This document shows, piece after piece, positions 50,289-63,700 of a DNA stretch of 64,000 bases. Position numbers and translations under genes: made by a program. The DNA comes from an uncultured Candidatus Marinamargulisbacteria bacterium (GTDB lineage: Bacteria; Margulisbacteria; Riflemargulisbacteria; GWF2-35-9; DYQY01). The stretch's first letter is position 1. Every line of letters starts with the position of its first letter. The stretch is from the NCBI GenBank assembly GCA_964429235.1, contig CAYSAQ010000001.1, positions 266,045-330,044 of the forward strand, read 5' to 3'. The notes under the pieces were generated by a model. That model had not been told where the DNA came from and did no database searches. It was given only the letters and a program-made list of their open reading frames with translations.

Positions 50289-50573
50289 CTAGCTTAACTT
50301 CTCAAAGCTGCCAATTTTCTGGCCTTCTTTAAGAGTTACAATCGCTTTTTTCCAATCACTTGTTCTTCCAACAAATTTACCCATTCTTTTCTTCTTACCA
50401 TTAACATTAATAGTACGAACTGCTTCAACATTAACTTTGAAATTACTCTCAACAGAATTTTTAATTTCAATTTTGTTAGCATCAGTAGTCACCTTGAATA
50501 CATATTTATTCTCAGCACTCATCATTGAACTTTTTTCAGTTATAACTGGTCCTAGTATTACATTCTTAATCAT
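50289..50573 (-). CDS. rplW: 50S ribosomal protein L23
   Basis: Conserved L23 sequence. Confidence 0.9.
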   Translation of the reverse strand: MIKNVILGPVITEKSSMMSAENKYVFKVTTDANKIEIKNSVESNFKVNVEAVRTINVNGKKKRMGKFVGRTSDWKKAIVTLKEGQKIGSFEKLS

Positions 50574-51199
50574 TTTGTATAAATCTCCTCTAGCTGCGCT
50601 ATTGCAGAATCTTCAATTATTATCGAACTAGCATTAAGAATATCGTAAACATTTAAACCATAAACACTGGTCACTCCAAGATTATTATAATTTCCAATAA
50701 CAGCCTCTCTACTAGCCTTATCTTTAGAAACATATAAAATTCTTTTATCATCTAATTTCTTTTCAGAAACTATTTTAGCGAAATCATTAGTTTTTGCAAT
50801 TACAGATGAAAATTTATCTGTTCCTTCAAATACTAATAAGTTATCTAGCTTAGATGTAAGTGCACCTAATAATGCTTGTCTTTTAACCTTTTTATTAATC
50901 TTTGTAGCTCTTTTTAATCCTTGAGGACCAAAAGTAACTCCACCACCAACCCATAGAGGGGATGTATTTGTTCCAGCTCTTGCTCTACCAGTTCCCTTTT
51001 GGTTCCATGGTTTAGCTCCGCCACCTCTAACATCAGAACGTCCTTTAGCTTTAGAATTCATTGATCTCTTCTGGTGAAGATAATCCTTAACTACAAAGTG
51101 AAACATTTCTATGCTAGCTTTTTGCCCTAAAACCTTAGCGGTTATATCAAGGCTTCCGTCTTGCTTTTTCTCTAAATTATAACTATTTACTTTTACCAT
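50570..51199 (-). CDS. rplD: 50S ribosomal protein L4
   Basis: Conserved L4 sequence. Confidence 0.9.
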   Translation of the reverse strand: MVKVNSYNLEKKQDGSLDITAKVLGQKASIEMFHFVVKDYLHQKRSMNSKAKGRSDVRGGGAKPWNQKGTGRARAGTNTSPLWVGGGVTFGPQGLKRATKINKKVKRQALLGALTSKLDNLLVFEGTDKFSSVIAKTNDFAKIVSEKKLDDKRILYVSKDKASREAVIGNYNNLGVTSVYGLNVYDILNASSIIIEDSAIAQLEEIYTK

Positions 51200-51220
51200 T
51201 GTTATTTCCTACCACCTATC

Positions 51221-51844
51221 TTAGTTATATAGAACTACTTCAGAACCGTTAGCTCCTGGTACAGCTCCCTTAACCAAAACAAGCCCTTTTTCTTGATCAA
51301 TCTTAACAATTTTAAGATTTTTTATTGTAACCAATTCATTACCATGATGTCCTGGCATCTTCTGACCCTTCCAAACTTTTCCAGGTGAAGTACCAGCTCC
51401 GATTGAACCACATCTTCTATGATTCTTCGAACCATGTGCCATTGGCCCAATAGAGAAATTATGTCTCTTCACTGTTCCTGTAAATCCTCTACCTTTAGTA
51501 GCACCTTGAGCATTTACCTTCTCACTAATTTCGAATATTGAAACATCAAGTGATGATCCGATCTCGAACCCCGATACATCCTTTAATCTTAACTCTTTTA
51601 TCTTTCGATATAAGCTTTCAACAGCTTTGAACTGTCCTTGATTTGGTTTGCTTACTTTTGATTCTTTGGCAGCAATATAACCAACCCTGATAGACTCATA
51701 TCCATCATTCTCAATTGTTTTCTTTTGAACTACTTTATTTTCTAATAATTGTAAAACCGTTACAGGAACTGCTTCTCCAATTTCATTAAAAAGTTTAGTC
51801 ATCCCAACTTTTTTTGTTAATAAACCCTTGTTAATTTGTTTCAT
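51221..51844 (-). CDS. rplC: 50S ribosomal protein L3
   Basis: Conserved L3 sequence. Confidence 0.9.
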   Translation of the reverse strand: MKQINKGLLTKKVGMTKLFNEIGEAVPVTVLQLLENKVVQKKTIENDGYESIRVGYIAAKESKVSKPNQGQFKAVESLYRKIKELRLKDVSGFEIGSSLDVSIFEISEKVNAQGATKGRGFTGTVKRHNFSIGPMAHGSKNHRRCGSIGAGTSPGKVWKGQKMPGHHGNELVTIKNLKIVKIDQEKGLVLVKGAVPGANGSEVVLYN

Positions 51845-51877
51845 TTTCTTCTACCTATTTCCCAAATTTAGACTGTA

Positions 51878-52225
51878 CTAATTTAGTTTAATTTCTACGT
51901 CTATTCCTGCTGGTAAGTCCAACTGCATCAATGCGTCAATCGTAGATGCCGGAGGATTTACTATGTCTATCAACCTCTTGTGCGTCCTGATCTCTAAATG
52001 TTCTCCACCTCTTTTGTTTACGTGAGGTGATTTCAATATACAAAAAACATTTTTCTCAGTAGGCAAAGGCACAGGCCCGATGACTTTTGCACCAGACCTC
52101 TGCGCTGTTTTCACAATCTTTTCACTGGACTGATCTAGAACTCTGTAATCAAAAGCCTTAAGCTTAATTCTTACTTTCTGTGCTACTTTTACTGTAGTTT
52201 GTACTGTTGTGCTGTTTTTTGTCAT
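51878..52225 (-). CDS. rpsJ: 30S ribosomal protein S10 (with a ~13-aa N-terminal extension)
   Basis: The conserved S10 core starts at [10 protein letters not shown]. The ATG at 52225 has an AAGGAAG SD. Confidence 0.85.
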   Translation of the reverse strand: MTKNSTTVQTTVKVAQKVRIKLKAFDYRVLDQSSEKIVKTAQRSGAKVIGPVPLPTEKNVFCILKSPHVNKRGGEHLEIRTHKRLIDIVNPPASTIDALMQLDLPAGIDVEIKLN

Positions 52226-52254
52226 TTTTTTTACTTCCTTATTTATGTACTAAC

Positions 52255-53454
52255 TTACTTAAGTATTTCAGTTACTACACCAGCTCCAACTGTTCTTCCG
52301 CCTTCACGGATTGCAAATCTTAAACCTTTTTCAATCGCGATTGGTGTAATTAAATCAACAACCATATTCACGTTATCACCAGGCATTACCATTTCAACGT
52401 TTTCTGGCAACTCAATTGAACCAGTTACATCTGTTGTTCTCATATAGAATTGTGGTCTATATCCTTTAAAGAATGGAGTGTGTCTTCCACCTTCTTCTTT
52501 TTTAAGAACATATACTTCAGCTCTAAAGTTAGTATGTGGAGTTATCGCTCCTTTATGTGCAAGAACCTGACCTCTGAAAAGATCTTTCTTCTCAACACCT
52601 CTTAATAAAACACCAACGTTATCGCCTGCTCTACCTTCATCAAGAGTTTTTCTAAACATCTCAACTCCAGTTACAACATATTTAGCTGGTTTTTCAGTCA
52701 TACCAACAACTTCTATCTCTTCGCCAGTTTTAACAATTCCTCTTTCGATTCTACCTGTTGCAACTGTTCCTCTACCAGTAATAGAGAACACATCTTCGAC
52801 AGGCATTAGAAATGCTTTTTCAGTGTCTCTTTCTGGAGTAGGGATATACTCATCAACTTTAGCCATTAAGCCTAAAATTGCTTGAACATCAGCATTACTA
52901 GGGTCAGAAGCATTATCTAATGCTTTTAAAGCCGATCCTTGCATTACAGGAATGTTATCACCATCAAAACCATACTGTGTTAGTAATTCTCTTACTTCCA
53001 TCTCAACTAATTCGATTAGCTCAGGATCATCAACCATATCTGTCTTATTTAAGAAAACAACGATATGAGGTACGTTTACCTGATTTGCTAATAGGATATG
53101 CTCTCTAGTTTGAGGCATAGGACCATCAGCTGCAGATACAACTAAAATCGCTCCGTCCATCTGTGCAGCACCTGTAATCATATTTTTTACATAATCAGCG
53201 TGACCTGGACAGTCAACGTGAGCATAGTGTCTACCCTCTGTTTCATATTCTACGTGAGCTGTATTAATAGTAATACCTCTCTCTTTTTCTTCAGGTGCAC
53301 TATCAATCGCATCATATGCCATTGCCTTTGTACCACCTTGTACTGCTAATACAGTTGTAATTGCTGCTGTTAACGTAGTCTTACCATGGTCAACGTGACC
53401 AATAGTACCTATATTTATGTGTGGTTTGTTTCTTTCAAATTTTTCTCTAGCCAT
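52255..53454 (-). CDS. tuf: Elongation factor Tu
   Basis: [14 protein letters not shown] and NKxD motifs. 399 aa. Confidence 0.95.
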   Translation of the reverse strand: MAREKFERNKPHINIGTIGHVDHGKTTLTAAITTVLAVQGGTKAMAYDAIDSAPEEKERGITINTAHVEYETEGRHYAHVDCPGHADYVKNMITGAAQMDGAILVVSAADGPMPQTREHILLANQVNVPHIVVFLNKTDMVDDPELIELVEMEVRELLTQYGFDGDNIPVMQGSALKALDNASDPSNADVQAILGLMAKVDEYIPTPERDTEKAFLMPVEDVFSITGRGTVATGRIERGIVKTGEEIEVVGMTEKPAKYVVTGVEMFRKTLDEGRAGDNVGVLLRGVEKKDLFRGQVLAHKGAITPHTNFRAEVYVLKKEEGGRHTPFFKGYRPQFYMRTTDVTGSIELPENVEMVMPGDNVNMVVDLITPIAIEKGLRFAIREGGRTVGAGVVTEILK

Positions 53455-53474
53455 TTTTCATCTCCTCCTTTTAA

Positions 53475-55559
53475 TTATTTACCTTGTGATTTTGCAATAA
53501 CTGCTTCTGCAGTATTCTTTGGCACTTCATCATATGCAGTAAACTGCATAGTGTAATCACCTCTACCCTGAGTTTTACTTCTTAGGGAGGTGGAATACCC
53601 AAACATTTCAGCTAACGGCACTTTTGCCTTAACTTTTTGGTTCTTGCCTTGAGGCTCCATTCCTTCAATTCTTCCTCTTCTAGAGTTAAGGTCTCCAATT
53701 ACATCGCCCATATTATCTTCAGGACAAACAACCTCAACATCCATTAAAGGCTCTAAAAGAATAGGACTTGCTTTTAGTGCACCCTCTTTTAATGCCATAG
53801 AACCTGCAATCTTAAACGCCATTTCATTAGAGTCAACTTCATGAAATGTACCATCATATAACGTAGCCTTAACATCTACTAATGGGAATCCAGCAAGGAC
53901 ACCATTTAACATAGCTTCTTTAATACCTTTTTCAACAGCTGGAATATATTCTTTTGGAATAGATCCGCCTTTAATCTTGTCTTCGAATTCGAATCCTGAT
54001 CCACTCTCTCTAGCTTCGAATTTAATACAAACGTGACCATACTGACCTCTACCACCAGATTGCTTAACAAACTTAGATTCTTGATCAGATGAACCTTTGA
54101 TAGTTTCTTTATATGCAACCTGTGGTTTCCCAACGTTTGCATCAACTTTAAACTCTCTAAGTAATCTATCAACAATAATTTCTAAATGAAGCTCACCCAT
54201 GCCAGCGATGATTGTTTGATTTGTTTCATGGTCAACATGAACTTTAAATGTAGGATCTTCTTCGGCTAACTTAGCTAATGCTGTAGATAGCTTCTCTTGA
54301 TCTGCTTTTGTTTTTGGTTCAATAGCAACTGCTATTACTGGTTCTGGAAATTCCATGGACTCTAATATTACTTTATGATTTGCATCACTTAATGTATCGC
54401 CTGTAGTTGAAACTTTTAAACCAACAACTGCTGCGATATCTCCTGTTGAAATTTCATCCATTTCTTCACGAGTATTAGAATGCATTAATAACAATCTTCC
54501 AACTCTTTCTTTCTTATCTTTACTTGTATTTATAACGTAAGATCCTGCTTTTAATTTCCCAGAATAAACTCTTACATAAGTTAATTTTCCAACAAATGGA
54601 TCAGTAGCAATCTTAAATGATAATGCTGAAAATGGTTCATCATCAGACGCTTTTCTTTCAATCTCTTCACCAGTAGTTGCGTCAATGCCTTTAATAGCAG
54701 GAACATCTATTGGCGCCGGTAGATAATCAATAACAGCATCAAGTAATGTCTGAACACCTTTGTTCTTAAATGCAGTACCACAAAAAGCTGGAATAATTTC
54801 ACATTGAACTACGCCTTTTCTGATGCCTTGTTTAACTTCTTCATTAGTAAGATCGCCTTCTTCAAAGTACTTTTCCATTAATTTATCATCAAACTCAGCA
54901 GCTTTTTCTACTAATGCGTCATAATACATATCCACAGTTTCTTTAAGATCTTCTGGACACTCTTCTACTTCATAGCTCTGACCTAAGTCTTCACCCTTCC
55001 ATACATATGCTTTCTTTGTAAGAACGTCTACAACGCCTTGGAAGTTATCTTCAGAACCGATAGGAACTTGCATAACAACTGGATGTCCACCATCTAATTT
55101 TTCTTTGATTTGATCGATTACCATAAAGTAATCAGCACCAATTCTATCCATTTTATTTACGAATGCTAATCTTGGAACGCTATATCTTGTAGCTTGTCTC
55201 CATACAGTCTCAGACTGAGGCTGAACGCCACCAACTGCACAGAATACAGCAACAACACCATCAAGTACTCTTAATGATCTTTCTACTTCAACAGTGAAAT
55301 CTACGTGACCTGGTGTGTCTATAATGTTAATTCTATTATCTTTCCAAAAACAAGTTGTAGCAGCAGAAGTAATAGTAATACCTCTTTCCTGCTCTTGTAC
55401 CATCCAGTCCATAGTAGCTTCGCCATCATGAACTTCACCAATCTTATAACTCTTACCAGTGTAATAAAGAATACGCTCTGTTACCGTTGTTTTACCAGCA
55501 TCAATGTGAGCAGCAATTCCTATATTTCTTAATTTATCTAATTTAACTTTCTTAGCCAC
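53475..55559 (-). CDS. fusA: Elongation factor G
   Basis: [17 protein letters not shown] and NKMD motifs. 694 aa. Confidence 0.95.
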   Translation of the reverse strand: MAKKVKLDKLRNIGIAAHIDAGKTTVTERILYYTGKSYKIGEVHDGEATMDWMVQEQERGITITSAATTCFWKDNRINIIDTPGHVDFTVEVERSLRVLDGVVAVFCAVGGVQPQSETVWRQATRYSVPRLAFVNKMDRIGADYFMVIDQIKEKLDGGHPVVMQVPIGSEDNFQGVVDVLTKKAYVWKGEDLGQSYEVEECPEDLKETVDMYYDALVEKAAEFDDKLMEKYFEEGDLTNEEVKQGIRKGVVQCEIIPAFCGTAFKNKGVQTLLDAVIDYLPAPIDVPAIKGIDATTGEEIERKASDDEPFSALSFKIATDPFVGKLTYVRVYSGKLKAGSYVINTSKDKKERVGRLLLMHSNTREEMDEISTGDIAAVVGLKVSTTGDTLSDANHKVILESMEFPEPVIAVAIEPKTKADQEKLSTALAKLAEEDPTFKVHVDHETNQTIIAGMGELHLEIIVDRLLREFKVDANVGKPQVAYKETIKGSSDQESKFVKQSGGRGQYGHVCIKFEARESGSGFEFEDKIKGGSIPKEYIPAVEKGIKEAMLNGVLAGFPLVDVKATLYDGTFHEVDSNEMAFKIAGSMALKEGALKASPILLEPLMDVEVVCPEDNMGDVIGDLNSRRGRIEGMEPQGKNQKVKAKVPLAEMFGYSTSLRSKTQGRGDYTMQFTAYDEVPKNTAEAVIAKSQGK

Positions 55560-55575
55560 TTATTGTCTCCTATTA

Positions 55576-56049
55576 TTAAAACCTAAAATGTGCGAAAGCT
55601 TTATTAGCTTCTGCCATTCTATGTACATCATCTTTTTTCTTTACAGAAGCACCAGTGCCCTCTGCAGCTTCCATCAATTCTCTTGCTAATTTCTCTACCA
55701 TTGATTTTCCGTTTCTATCTTTTGCATATTTAACTATCCAACGGAAAGATAATGATACAGCTCTCTTTTTTCTAACTTCCATAGGAACCTGGTAAGTAGC
55801 TCCACCAACTCTTCTACTTTTTACTTCCATAAGTGGTGTTGCATTTTTAATTGCATCATTAAAAACTTTAAAAGGATCTTCTCCTTTTTTAACTTCAGCA
55901 ATCTTGTCTAAAGCAGCGTAAAAAATATTACGAACTTTATCTTTCTTTCCATCTAACATTAACCTGTTAATGAATTTTGTAACTAATACGCTATTATAAC
56001 GCACATCTGGTTCTACTTTTCTCTCTACACTTCCTCTTCTTCTAGACAT
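55576..56049 (-). CDS. rpsG: 30S ribosomal protein S7
   Basis: Conserved S7 sequence. Confidence 0.9.
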   Translation of the reverse strand: MSRRRGSVERKVEPDVRYNSVLVTKFINRLMLDGKKDKVRNIFYAALDKIAEVKKGEDPFKVFNDAIKNATPLMEVKSRRVGGATYQVPMEVRKKRAVSLSFRWIVKYAKDRNGKSMVEKLARELMEAAEGTGASVKKKDDVHRMAEANKAFAHFRF

Positions 56050-56060
56050 CTTCTATTCTC

Positions 56061-56435
56061 CTACTTCTTCACTCTTTTAGCGCCGTACTTAGATCTTCCA
56101 CGTCTACGCTCTTGAACACCAGTTGTGTCTAAATTACCACGAACAACGTGATATCTCACACCCGGTAAATCTTTAACTCTTCCACCTCTTACAAGAACAA
56201 CTGAGTGCTCCTGAAGATTATGGCCTTCTCCACCAATATAAGCAGCAACCTCATAACCGTTAGTCAACCTTACTCTTGCAACTTTTCTAAGTGCGGAATT
56301 AGGTTTCTTTGGAGTTGCAGTATAAACTCTAGTACATACTCCTCTTCTTTGTGGGCAAGCTTGTAAAGCAGGAACATCGTTCTTTACTTTCTTACTTTTT
56401 CTACCCTTCCTTACTAACTGATTAATAGTAGGCAT
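56061..56435 (-). CDS. rpsL: 30S ribosomal protein S12
   Basis: Conserved S12 sequence ([11 protein letters not shown]...[11 protein letters not shown]). Confidence 0.95.
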   Translation of the reverse strand: MPTINQLVRKGRKSKKVKNDVPALQACPQRRGVCTRVYTATPKKPNSALRKVARVRLTNGYEVAAYIGGEGHNLQEHSVVLVRGGRVKDLPGVRYHVVRGNLDTTGVQERRRGRSKYGAKRVKK

Positions 56436-56476
56436 TTCTACTCCTTTTTATTCATTATTTTTAGACAACGCCTGGT

Positions 56477-56506
56477 ATTCTAGCTTAAGATACCAGGCTT
56501 TGTCAA
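56477..56506 (-). promoter_or_regulatory. Candidate str-operon promoter (TTGACA-N18-TAGAAT) overlapping a perfect 9-bp-stem hairpin in the rpoC-rpsL spacer
   Basis: Minus strand reads TTGACA (56506-56501), an 18-nt spacer, then TAGAAT (56482-56477). The hairpin gcctggtat-N11-ataccaggc lies at 56470-56498. Confidence 0.35.
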
Positions 56507-56532
56507 CTACAAAACTTTACATCAATAATAAT

Positions 56533-59500
56533 CTATATTTCCAGCTCCAAAGCCTCATCTACCTTAGGTTCTAGAGTGGATTTAAGAGTGACTGGAACCT
56601 TCGCATAAAAGCCTGTTCCAGCAGGTATTAATTTACCAATAATAACATTCTCTTTTAATCCATACATTTCATCAACTTTACCTCTAATTGCTGCATCCGT
56701 AAGAACCTTTGCAGTTTCCTGGAAAGATGCGGCAGAAATAAATGACTCTGTATTCAATGATGCCTTAGTAATACCAAGCAATATTCTCTCTCCGACAGAC
56801 ACTTCTTTGTCCTGTTCGATAAGAGCTTTATTCTCATGCATAAACTGATTGATATCCATAAGTTCACCAGGTAACATTGTTGAATCTCCCATTGAAGAAA
56901 TCTTAACCTTCTTAGTCATCTGTCTTATGATAACCTCAGCATGTTTATCGTTGATAGTTACTCCCTGTCCACGATATACCTTCTGAACTTCTTCTAATAG
57001 ATACTCTTGCACTGCCTGTACTCCTAAGACCGCTAATATGTCATGAGGTGAAACGACACCCTCTGTAATTAATGATCCCTTAGCAAGCACATCTCCATTT
57101 TGGACAATAATTCTGCTATCTAATGGAATCTTGTAATCTACTTTACCGTCATCGTTGAAAACAGTAACAATTTTTTGAATATCCTTGTTGCCAATCTCAA
57201 CTGTACCAGCTAGTGCAGAAATGATTGATTTATTCTTAGATGTTCTTGCTTCAAAAAGAGCTTCAATTTTTGGTAGTCCAGCAACAATATCTCTTGCTTT
57301 AGCACCTAGGTTTGATTTCTTTTCTTTCTTAAGAACTTCATTCTTAGCAATCATCTCTCCTGGTTTTCTGAAAAGTATAGCGCCCGGTGCTAAATGATAA
57401 GTTCTAGCAGGAACTACATCGATTCCACGTTCAGATACACTGATAACTAAACCAGCCTCTTCAGCTTTAATCTTTGTAGAAATACTTTCACCTGCATTTA
57501 GGTATTGACCTTCAGCAACCTTAACTTTGTCTCCAGAAACAATTTTGTAATTTATAACTTTCTTTTTATCAATTAGATAAATCTCGCCTTCTGTCTTAGC
57601 AGCATAGTTAACAACTTTTCCGTTAACTACGTTATCTACTACCTCAAGATTTCTAGAATAATAAACTTCTCCAGATATATTTACTTTAAGAAATTCAACT
57701 GTTGGTTCGTGAGTAAAGATATTCTCGCCTTTTTTAATCTTATCTTTATTACTAACAACAATCTCAGATCCCTCTGCAACATTAATAGACTGATCTTTAC
57801 CATCTTTGCCAATGATTTGAATAGTACCTGCTGAAGTAACTACTTTAACAGCGTCACCATACTCATCAATAAGATTTTGTGTGCCAATCTTATTAAGAAA
57901 TTTAACAGTACCATCAAAATCAGCTGTCATTTCAATCTTAGACGCTCTTGAAAGGTCAACTCCACCAGTGTGGAAAGTTCTCATTGTTAACTGAGTACCA
58001 GGTTCACCAATTGACTGAGCAGCAATAATACCTACTGCTTCTCCAAGATTAATTAACTGTCTACTACTTAAATCTTCACCATAACATTTCTGACAAAGAC
58101 CTCGTTTAGCCTCACAAGTAATTACTGAACGTACTTGAACTTCTTCAATTCCAGTAGCAACAACTCTGTTAGCCATTTCTGATGTAATTGTTTGATCTTC
58201 ATTAACAATAACTTCGCCAGTTTCTTTATCTACAACTTTTTCTAAACAAACTCTACCAGTGAGTCTTTCTTTAAGAGAAATAAGTTCACCATAGTCTTCT
58301 TTAATAGCTGTAACTCTCACACCTTGTTTAGTATGACAATCTGGTTCAGTAATCATAATATCTTGACCAATGTCCACTAAACGTCTTGTTAGATAACCAG
58401 AGTCAGCAGTACGTAATGCTGTATCAACCAAACCTTTTCTAGCACCATATGTTGAAATAAAGTACTCAGTAGAAGTTAAACCTTCTCTAAAGTTTGTAAG
58501 AATAGGAATGTCAACTGTACTACCAGTTGCATCTGCCATAAGTCCTCTCATACCAGCTAACTGTTTAACTTGGTCAATACTACCTCTAGCACCAGAGTTC
58601 GCCATCATAAATACATTATTAAGCTCACTAAATCCATCGCTCATAGCTGTAGTTACTTTATCAACAGTTGTTCTCCATACTTCCAATTCTCTTGCTTTTC
58701 TTTCAGCATCACTAATAATTTCTCTTTCCTTAAGATCTTCAATCTTTGCTACCTCAAGTTTAGCTTGAGCTAGAATAGCTTTCTTTTCTGGAGGAACACG
58801 AAGATCATCAATTGCTATTGATACGCCTGCTTTAGTTGCATAAGAAAACCCTACGTTCTTTAGCTCATCTGCTAATGCTGCTGTAACATTTTCGCCATAA
58901 GCACCATGCCATTCTGAAATAAGATCTGATAACTGTCTTTTACCAACTACCTCATTAAAGAACTTTTGTGGAGGTAAATCTAAGTTTTCTAATGATTCTG
59001 CAATAGCAGCATTAAAAAGAACTCTACCTACGGTAGTGTCTAGCAAGCCATCATTATATCTAACTGTGATTCTTGTGTGCATAGAAACAGCACCCATATC
59101 ATAAGATTTTTGCACATCTGTAAAACTGTAGAATAATCTAGGTTTTAGAGACATCATATCTTTATCCGTAATTGTTAAGTAATAAATACCTAATACCATA
59201 TCCTGTGTAGGAGTGATGATAGATCTTCCGTTTGAAGGAGCTAAAACATTATTATTAGCAAGCATTAATAATCTTGCTTCTGTTTTTGCTTCAACTGTTA
59301 ATGGAATATGGATTGCCATTTGGTCACCATCAAAGTCAGCATTAAACGCAGTACATACTAATGGATGAAGCTGAATAGCTTTACCTTCAACAAGTACAGG
59401 TTCGAAAGCCTGGATACCTAATCTGTGAAGAGTAGGAGCACGGTTTAGCATTACTGGATAACCATCAATGATATCTTCTAATACATCCCATACTTCAACA

Positions 59501-60696
59501 TCTTTTCTTTCAATCTTTCTCTTTGCACTCTTTACATTTTGTACATGTCCCTGTTCAACTAACTGTCTAATTACAAAAGGTTTAAAAAGCTCAAGAGCCA
59601 TTTTCTTTGGAAGACCACACTGATGAATTTTCAAGTGAGGACCAACAACAATTACAGAACGACCAGAATAATCTACACGTTTACCAAGTAAGTTCTGGCG
59701 AAAACGTCCGTTCTTACCTTGGATAATATCACTAAGTGATTTAAGAGGTCTGCCATTACTTCCAGTAACAACTCTTCCTCTTCTACCATTATTAATAAGA
59801 ACATCCACAGCTTCCTGTAACATTCTCATCTCATTCTTAACAATCATGTTTGGTGCACCAATATCTAATAATCTCTTAAGTCTGTTATTTCTATTAATAA
59901 CTCTTCTATATAAATCATTTAAATCTGAAGTTGCAAATCTTCCACCTTCTAACTGAACCATTGGTCTTAAATCAGGTGGCATTATTGGCACAGCGTCCAT
60001 AACCATCCACTCTGGTCTATTTCCTGAAGTTAGGAAAGAATCAACTACTCTATATCTCTTTGTAAGCTTCAAACGCTTTTGATTTGTAGAATCTTTGATG
60101 TCTTCTTTTAGTTCAGCTAATAGCTTTCTTAGGTCAAGCTTCTTTAATAGATTCTTGATTGCCTTTGCTCCGATATCAGCTTTAAACTTATCTCCATACT
60201 TTTCTTTTAACTCATAGTATTGTTGCTCAGAAATTCTTTGTTTTACTTCTAATATAGCTTCTAACTCTGGATTAACATCAATAATGATGTAGCTATCATA
60301 GTAAACAACTTCTTCTAAAGCTTTAACAGTCATATCTAAAAGAACACCCATAAATGAAGGCACGCCTTTTAAATACCAAATGTGAGTAACAGGTGCAGCT
60401 AATTCAATATGCCCCATTCTTTCTCTTCTTACTTTAGAGTGAGTTACTTCAACTCCACATCTTTCACAAACAATTCCTCTATATCTAACTCTTCTGTACT
60501 TACCACAAGAACATTCCCAATCCTTTACCGGTCCAAAAATTCTTTCACAGAATAAACCGTTTCGTTCTGGGCGGAAAGTTCTATAGTTGATAGTTTCAGG
60601 CTTAGTGACCTCACCATGAGACCATAGTCTGATTCTTTCAGCAGAGGCAAGCGTAATCTTTAGTTTTTTAAATTCATCATAGCTCTTAATTAACAT
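56533..60696 (-). CDS. rpoC: DNA-directed RNA polymerase beta' subunit
   Basis: Zn-binding Cx[11 protein letters not shown] catalytic motif, and trigger loop. 1387 aa. Confidence 0.95.
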   Translation of the reverse strand: MLIKSYDEFKKLKITLASAERIRLWSHGEVTKPETINYRTFRPERNGLFCERIFGPVKDWECSCGKYRRVRYRGIVCERCGVEVTHSKVRRERMGHIELAAPVTHIWYLKGVPSFMGVLLDMTVKALEEVVYYDSYIIIDVNPELEAILEVKQRISEQQYYELKEKYGDKFKADIGAKAIKNLLKKLDLRKLLAELKEDIKDSTNQKRLKLTKRYRVVDSFLTSGNRPEWMVMDAVPIMPPDLRPMVQLEGGRFATSDLNDLYRRVINRNNRLKRLLDIGAPNMIVKNEMRMLQEAVDVLINNGRRGRVVTGSNGRPLKSLSDIIQGKNGRFRQNLLGKRVDYSGRSVIVVGPHLKIHQCGLPKKMALELFKPFVIRQLVEQGHVQNVKSAKRKIERKDVEVWDVLEDIIDGYPVMLNRAPTLHRLGIQAFEPVLVEGKAIQLHPLVCTAFNADFDGDQMAIHIPLTVEAKTEARLLMLANNNVLAPSNGRSIITPTQDMVLGIYYLTITDKDMMSLKPRLFYSFTDVQKSYDMGAVSMHTRITVRYNDGLLDTTVGRVLFNAAIAESLENLDLPPQKFFNEVVGKRQLSDLISEWHGAYGENVTAALADELKNVGFSYATKAGVSIAIDDLRVPPEKKAILAQAKLEVAKIEDLKEREIISDAERKARELEVWRTTVDKVTTAMSDGFSELNNVFMMANSGARGSIDQVKQLAGMRGLMADATGSTVDIPILTNFREGLTSTEYFISTYGARKGLVDTALRTADSGYLTRRLVDIGQDIMITEPDCHTKQGVRVTAIKEDYGELISLKERLTGRVCLEKVVDKETGEVIVNEDQTITSEMANRVVATGIEEVQVRSVITCEAKRGLCQKCYGEDLSSRQLINLGEAVGIIAAQSIGEPGTQLTMRTFHTGGVDLSRASKIEMTADFDGTVKFLNKIGTQNLIDEYGDAVKVVTSAGTIQIIGKDGKDQSINVAEGSEIVVSNKDKIKKGENIFTHEPTVEFLKVNISGEVYYSRNLEVVDNVVNGKVVNYAAKTEGEIYLIDKKKVINYKIVSGDKVKVAEGQYLNAGESISTKIKAEEAGLVISVSERGIDVVPARTYHLAPGAILFRKPGEMIAKNEVLKKEKKSNLGAKARDIVAGLPKIEALFEARTSKNKSIISALAGTVEIGNKDIQKIVTVFNDDGKVDYKIPLDSRIIVQNGDVLAKGSLITEGVVSPHDILAVLGVQAVQEYLLEEVQKVYRGQGVTINDKHAEVIIRQMTKKVKISSMGDSTMLPGELMDINQFMHENKALIEQDKEVSVGERILLGITKASLNTESFISAASFQETAKVLTDAAIRGKVDEMYGLKENVIIGKLIPAGTGFYAKVPVTLKSTLEPKVDEALELEI

Positions 60697-60717
60697 ATCA
60701 GCTTCACGTCTCCTTTA

Positions 60718-63700
60718 TTATAGTCTGTCGATCTCTTCGTTATCTTCGTTCAACAATTTAAGATCAAGGGCAATACTTCTAAGTTCTCTTACAAGTACTT
60801 TAAAGGACTCTGGAACACCCAATCTCTGGATAGTTCTACCTTTAATAATAGACTCGTATGCTTTTGCCCTACCTGTAACATCATCTGACTTAATAGTTAG
60901 CATCTCTTGTAATACGTGAGCTGCACCATAAGCTTCTAATGCCCAAACTTCCATTTCTCCAAATCTCTGACCACCAAATTGTGCTTTACCACCTAATGGC
61001 TGTTGTGTAACTAATGAGTATGGACCTGTAGATCTTGCGTGAATCTTATCATCAACTTGGTGAATCAACTTCAACATGTACATATATCCGCAGAATACTG
61101 GTCTTTCAAAAAATGTACCACTTCTACCATCTTTTAGATTTACCTTACCTGTATTGTCTAACCACTCGAAACCTTCTACTTTTGCTGCTTTTTGGATTTC
61201 TACTTCGATAGAGTTTAATGAATTTTCTTCACCAAGAACCTCATCGAATGGGTTAACCTCATAATAAGTCTTTAATGGATGAGCTGCAGTACCTAATAAA
61301 GTCTCATATATCTGTCCAACGTTCATACGAGAAGGAACACCCAATGGGTTTAATACCATATCAACAGGAGTTCCGTCTGGAAGCATTGGCATATCTTCTA
61401 ATGGTAAGATTTTTGAAATAACACCTTTGTTACCGTGTCGTCCTGCAACCTTATCACCAATCTGAATTTTTCTTAAGTGACCAACATAGATTCTTACAAT
61501 CTTAAGTACTCCTGGAGGCAAGTTATCTTTGTTGTCTTTAGAAAAGATTTTAATTTTGATAATCTTTCCATATTCACCTGGAGATACTCTTAATGAAGTA
61601 TCTTTCATATCTCTTGCTTTCTCACCAAAGATAGCTCTAAGTAGCTTTTCTTCAGCAGGTGGCTCTGATTCTCCCTTTGGAGTAACTTTACCAACAAGGA
61701 TATCGCCTGGCTTGATTTCTGAACCGACTCGAATAATACCTTCGTCATCAAGCTGACTTAATAATTCCTCAGAAACATTTGCTACTTCTCTAGTAAGCTC
61801 TTCGTTTCCAAGCTTAGTTGTTCTTACTTCTACTTCAAACTTAGAAATATGAACTGTAGTAAATATATCTTCTTTAACTAGTCTTTCACTTATAAGAACT
61901 GAATCCTCAAAGTTTAAACCTTCCCATGGCATGAAAGCTATAAGTAAGTTTCTACCTAATGCTAACTCTCCATCTTTTGCAGATGCGCCATCAGCAAGTA
62001 CGTCTCCGTCCTTAACTTTCTGTCCAATTGAAATAATAGGTCTTTGGTTAACCCAAGTACCTTGGTTACTTTTTTGGAATTTCAATAATTTGTAAGTTTT
62101 TAACTTATTTCCTTTTTCCTTAACAATAACTTTTTTTGAATCAACATATGTTACTGTTCCGTCAGCTTCTGCTAAGCATAGAGAACCAGCATATCTTGCG
62201 ATATCGCTCTCTAAACCAGTACCAACATAAGCTCTTTCTGGCTTAATTAATGGAGTTGCCTGACGTTGCATGTTTGAACCCATCAAGGCTCTGTTCGCAT
62301 CGTTATGCTCTAAGAAAGGAATCAAACCAGTTGAAATACCAAACATCTGTCTTGGTGAGACACCAATATAATCAACATCTTCTCTTTTTGCATAAACAAA
62401 TTCTTTTCTAAATCTTACAGGAACTTTATCTTCTACTATAATGTTGTCTTCAACCATTATGTCAAAAGGAGCAATCTTGTAGTAATCTTCAAGGTCAGCT
62501 GTTAAATAAACTACCTTAGTTGAAACTTTACCTTTTGTTACCTTAAGGTAAGGAGTTTCAATAAATCCGAATCTATTAGTCCTAGCAAATAATGCTAAAG
62601 GACCAATCAAACCTGCGTTCTGTCCCTCAGGAGTTTCTACAACACAAATTCTACCGTAGTGAGATGGGTGAATATCACGAACCTCAAAACCAGCTCTTTC
62701 TTTTGTTAAACCACCAGGGCCTAAGGCTGAAAGTCTTCTTCTGTGTGTAAGTTCTGCAAGTGGATTAGTTTGATCCATAAACTGTGAAAGCTGTGATGTT
62801 CCAAAGAACTCTCTCATTACAGCCATAAGTGGTCTGATATTGATTAGTTTTTGTGGAACTATCTGATCTGGCTCATTAACAGTCATCTGCTCATTTACTA
62901 GTCTTTCTAATCTTGCTAAACCAACTCTAAGTTGTTTTTGCATTAGTTCACCAGCACAACGAACTCTTCTATTACCTAAGTGATCGATATCATCGGTTAG
63001 ACCTTCGCCTGCAACCAAATTACAAATCTCATTTACTACAGCATAAATATCTTCTTCTGTAAGTAAAACTTCATTCTCATCTACTTTAAGGCTAAGTCTG
63101 TTATTCATCTTATAACGACCAACTTTTCCTAAGTCATAAGTCTTATTAGTAAAAAACAATCCTTTAACCAAGTTATTAGCCGCATCTTTGTTAAATGGGT
63201 CACCTGGTTTAAGTCTATAATATACTTCTCTGATAGCATCTTCTGGATTACTGATACCACCACTTTTTTCGATTGTTTTTTTCAGTAAGTCTTTATTTTT
63301 AATTTTCTTTAACATTGTCTTTTCATCTATTCCTAATGCTCCAAGGAATACATTAAGAGGCAATTTTCTAACTTTGTTAATATGAACAAATAAATGACCT
63401 AATTTATCAGTTTCTACTTCTAACCATGCACCTCTATTAGGTATAACAGTGGCATGAAATGTGATAAATCCTTGTTTATCTTTCTTTTCTTTGAAATATA
63501 CACCTGGAGAACGAACAAACTGACTAACGATAACTCGTTCAGCTCCGTTAATTAAGAATGTGCCTTTTTTAGTCATTACAGGAATATTTCCCATATATAC
63601 TTCTTGTTCTTTAACTTCTCCGGTCTCTTTATCTAATAACCTTACTTTACATCTTAACGGTGCAGAGTAAGTAAGTTCTCTTTCTTTACACTCTTCCAGA

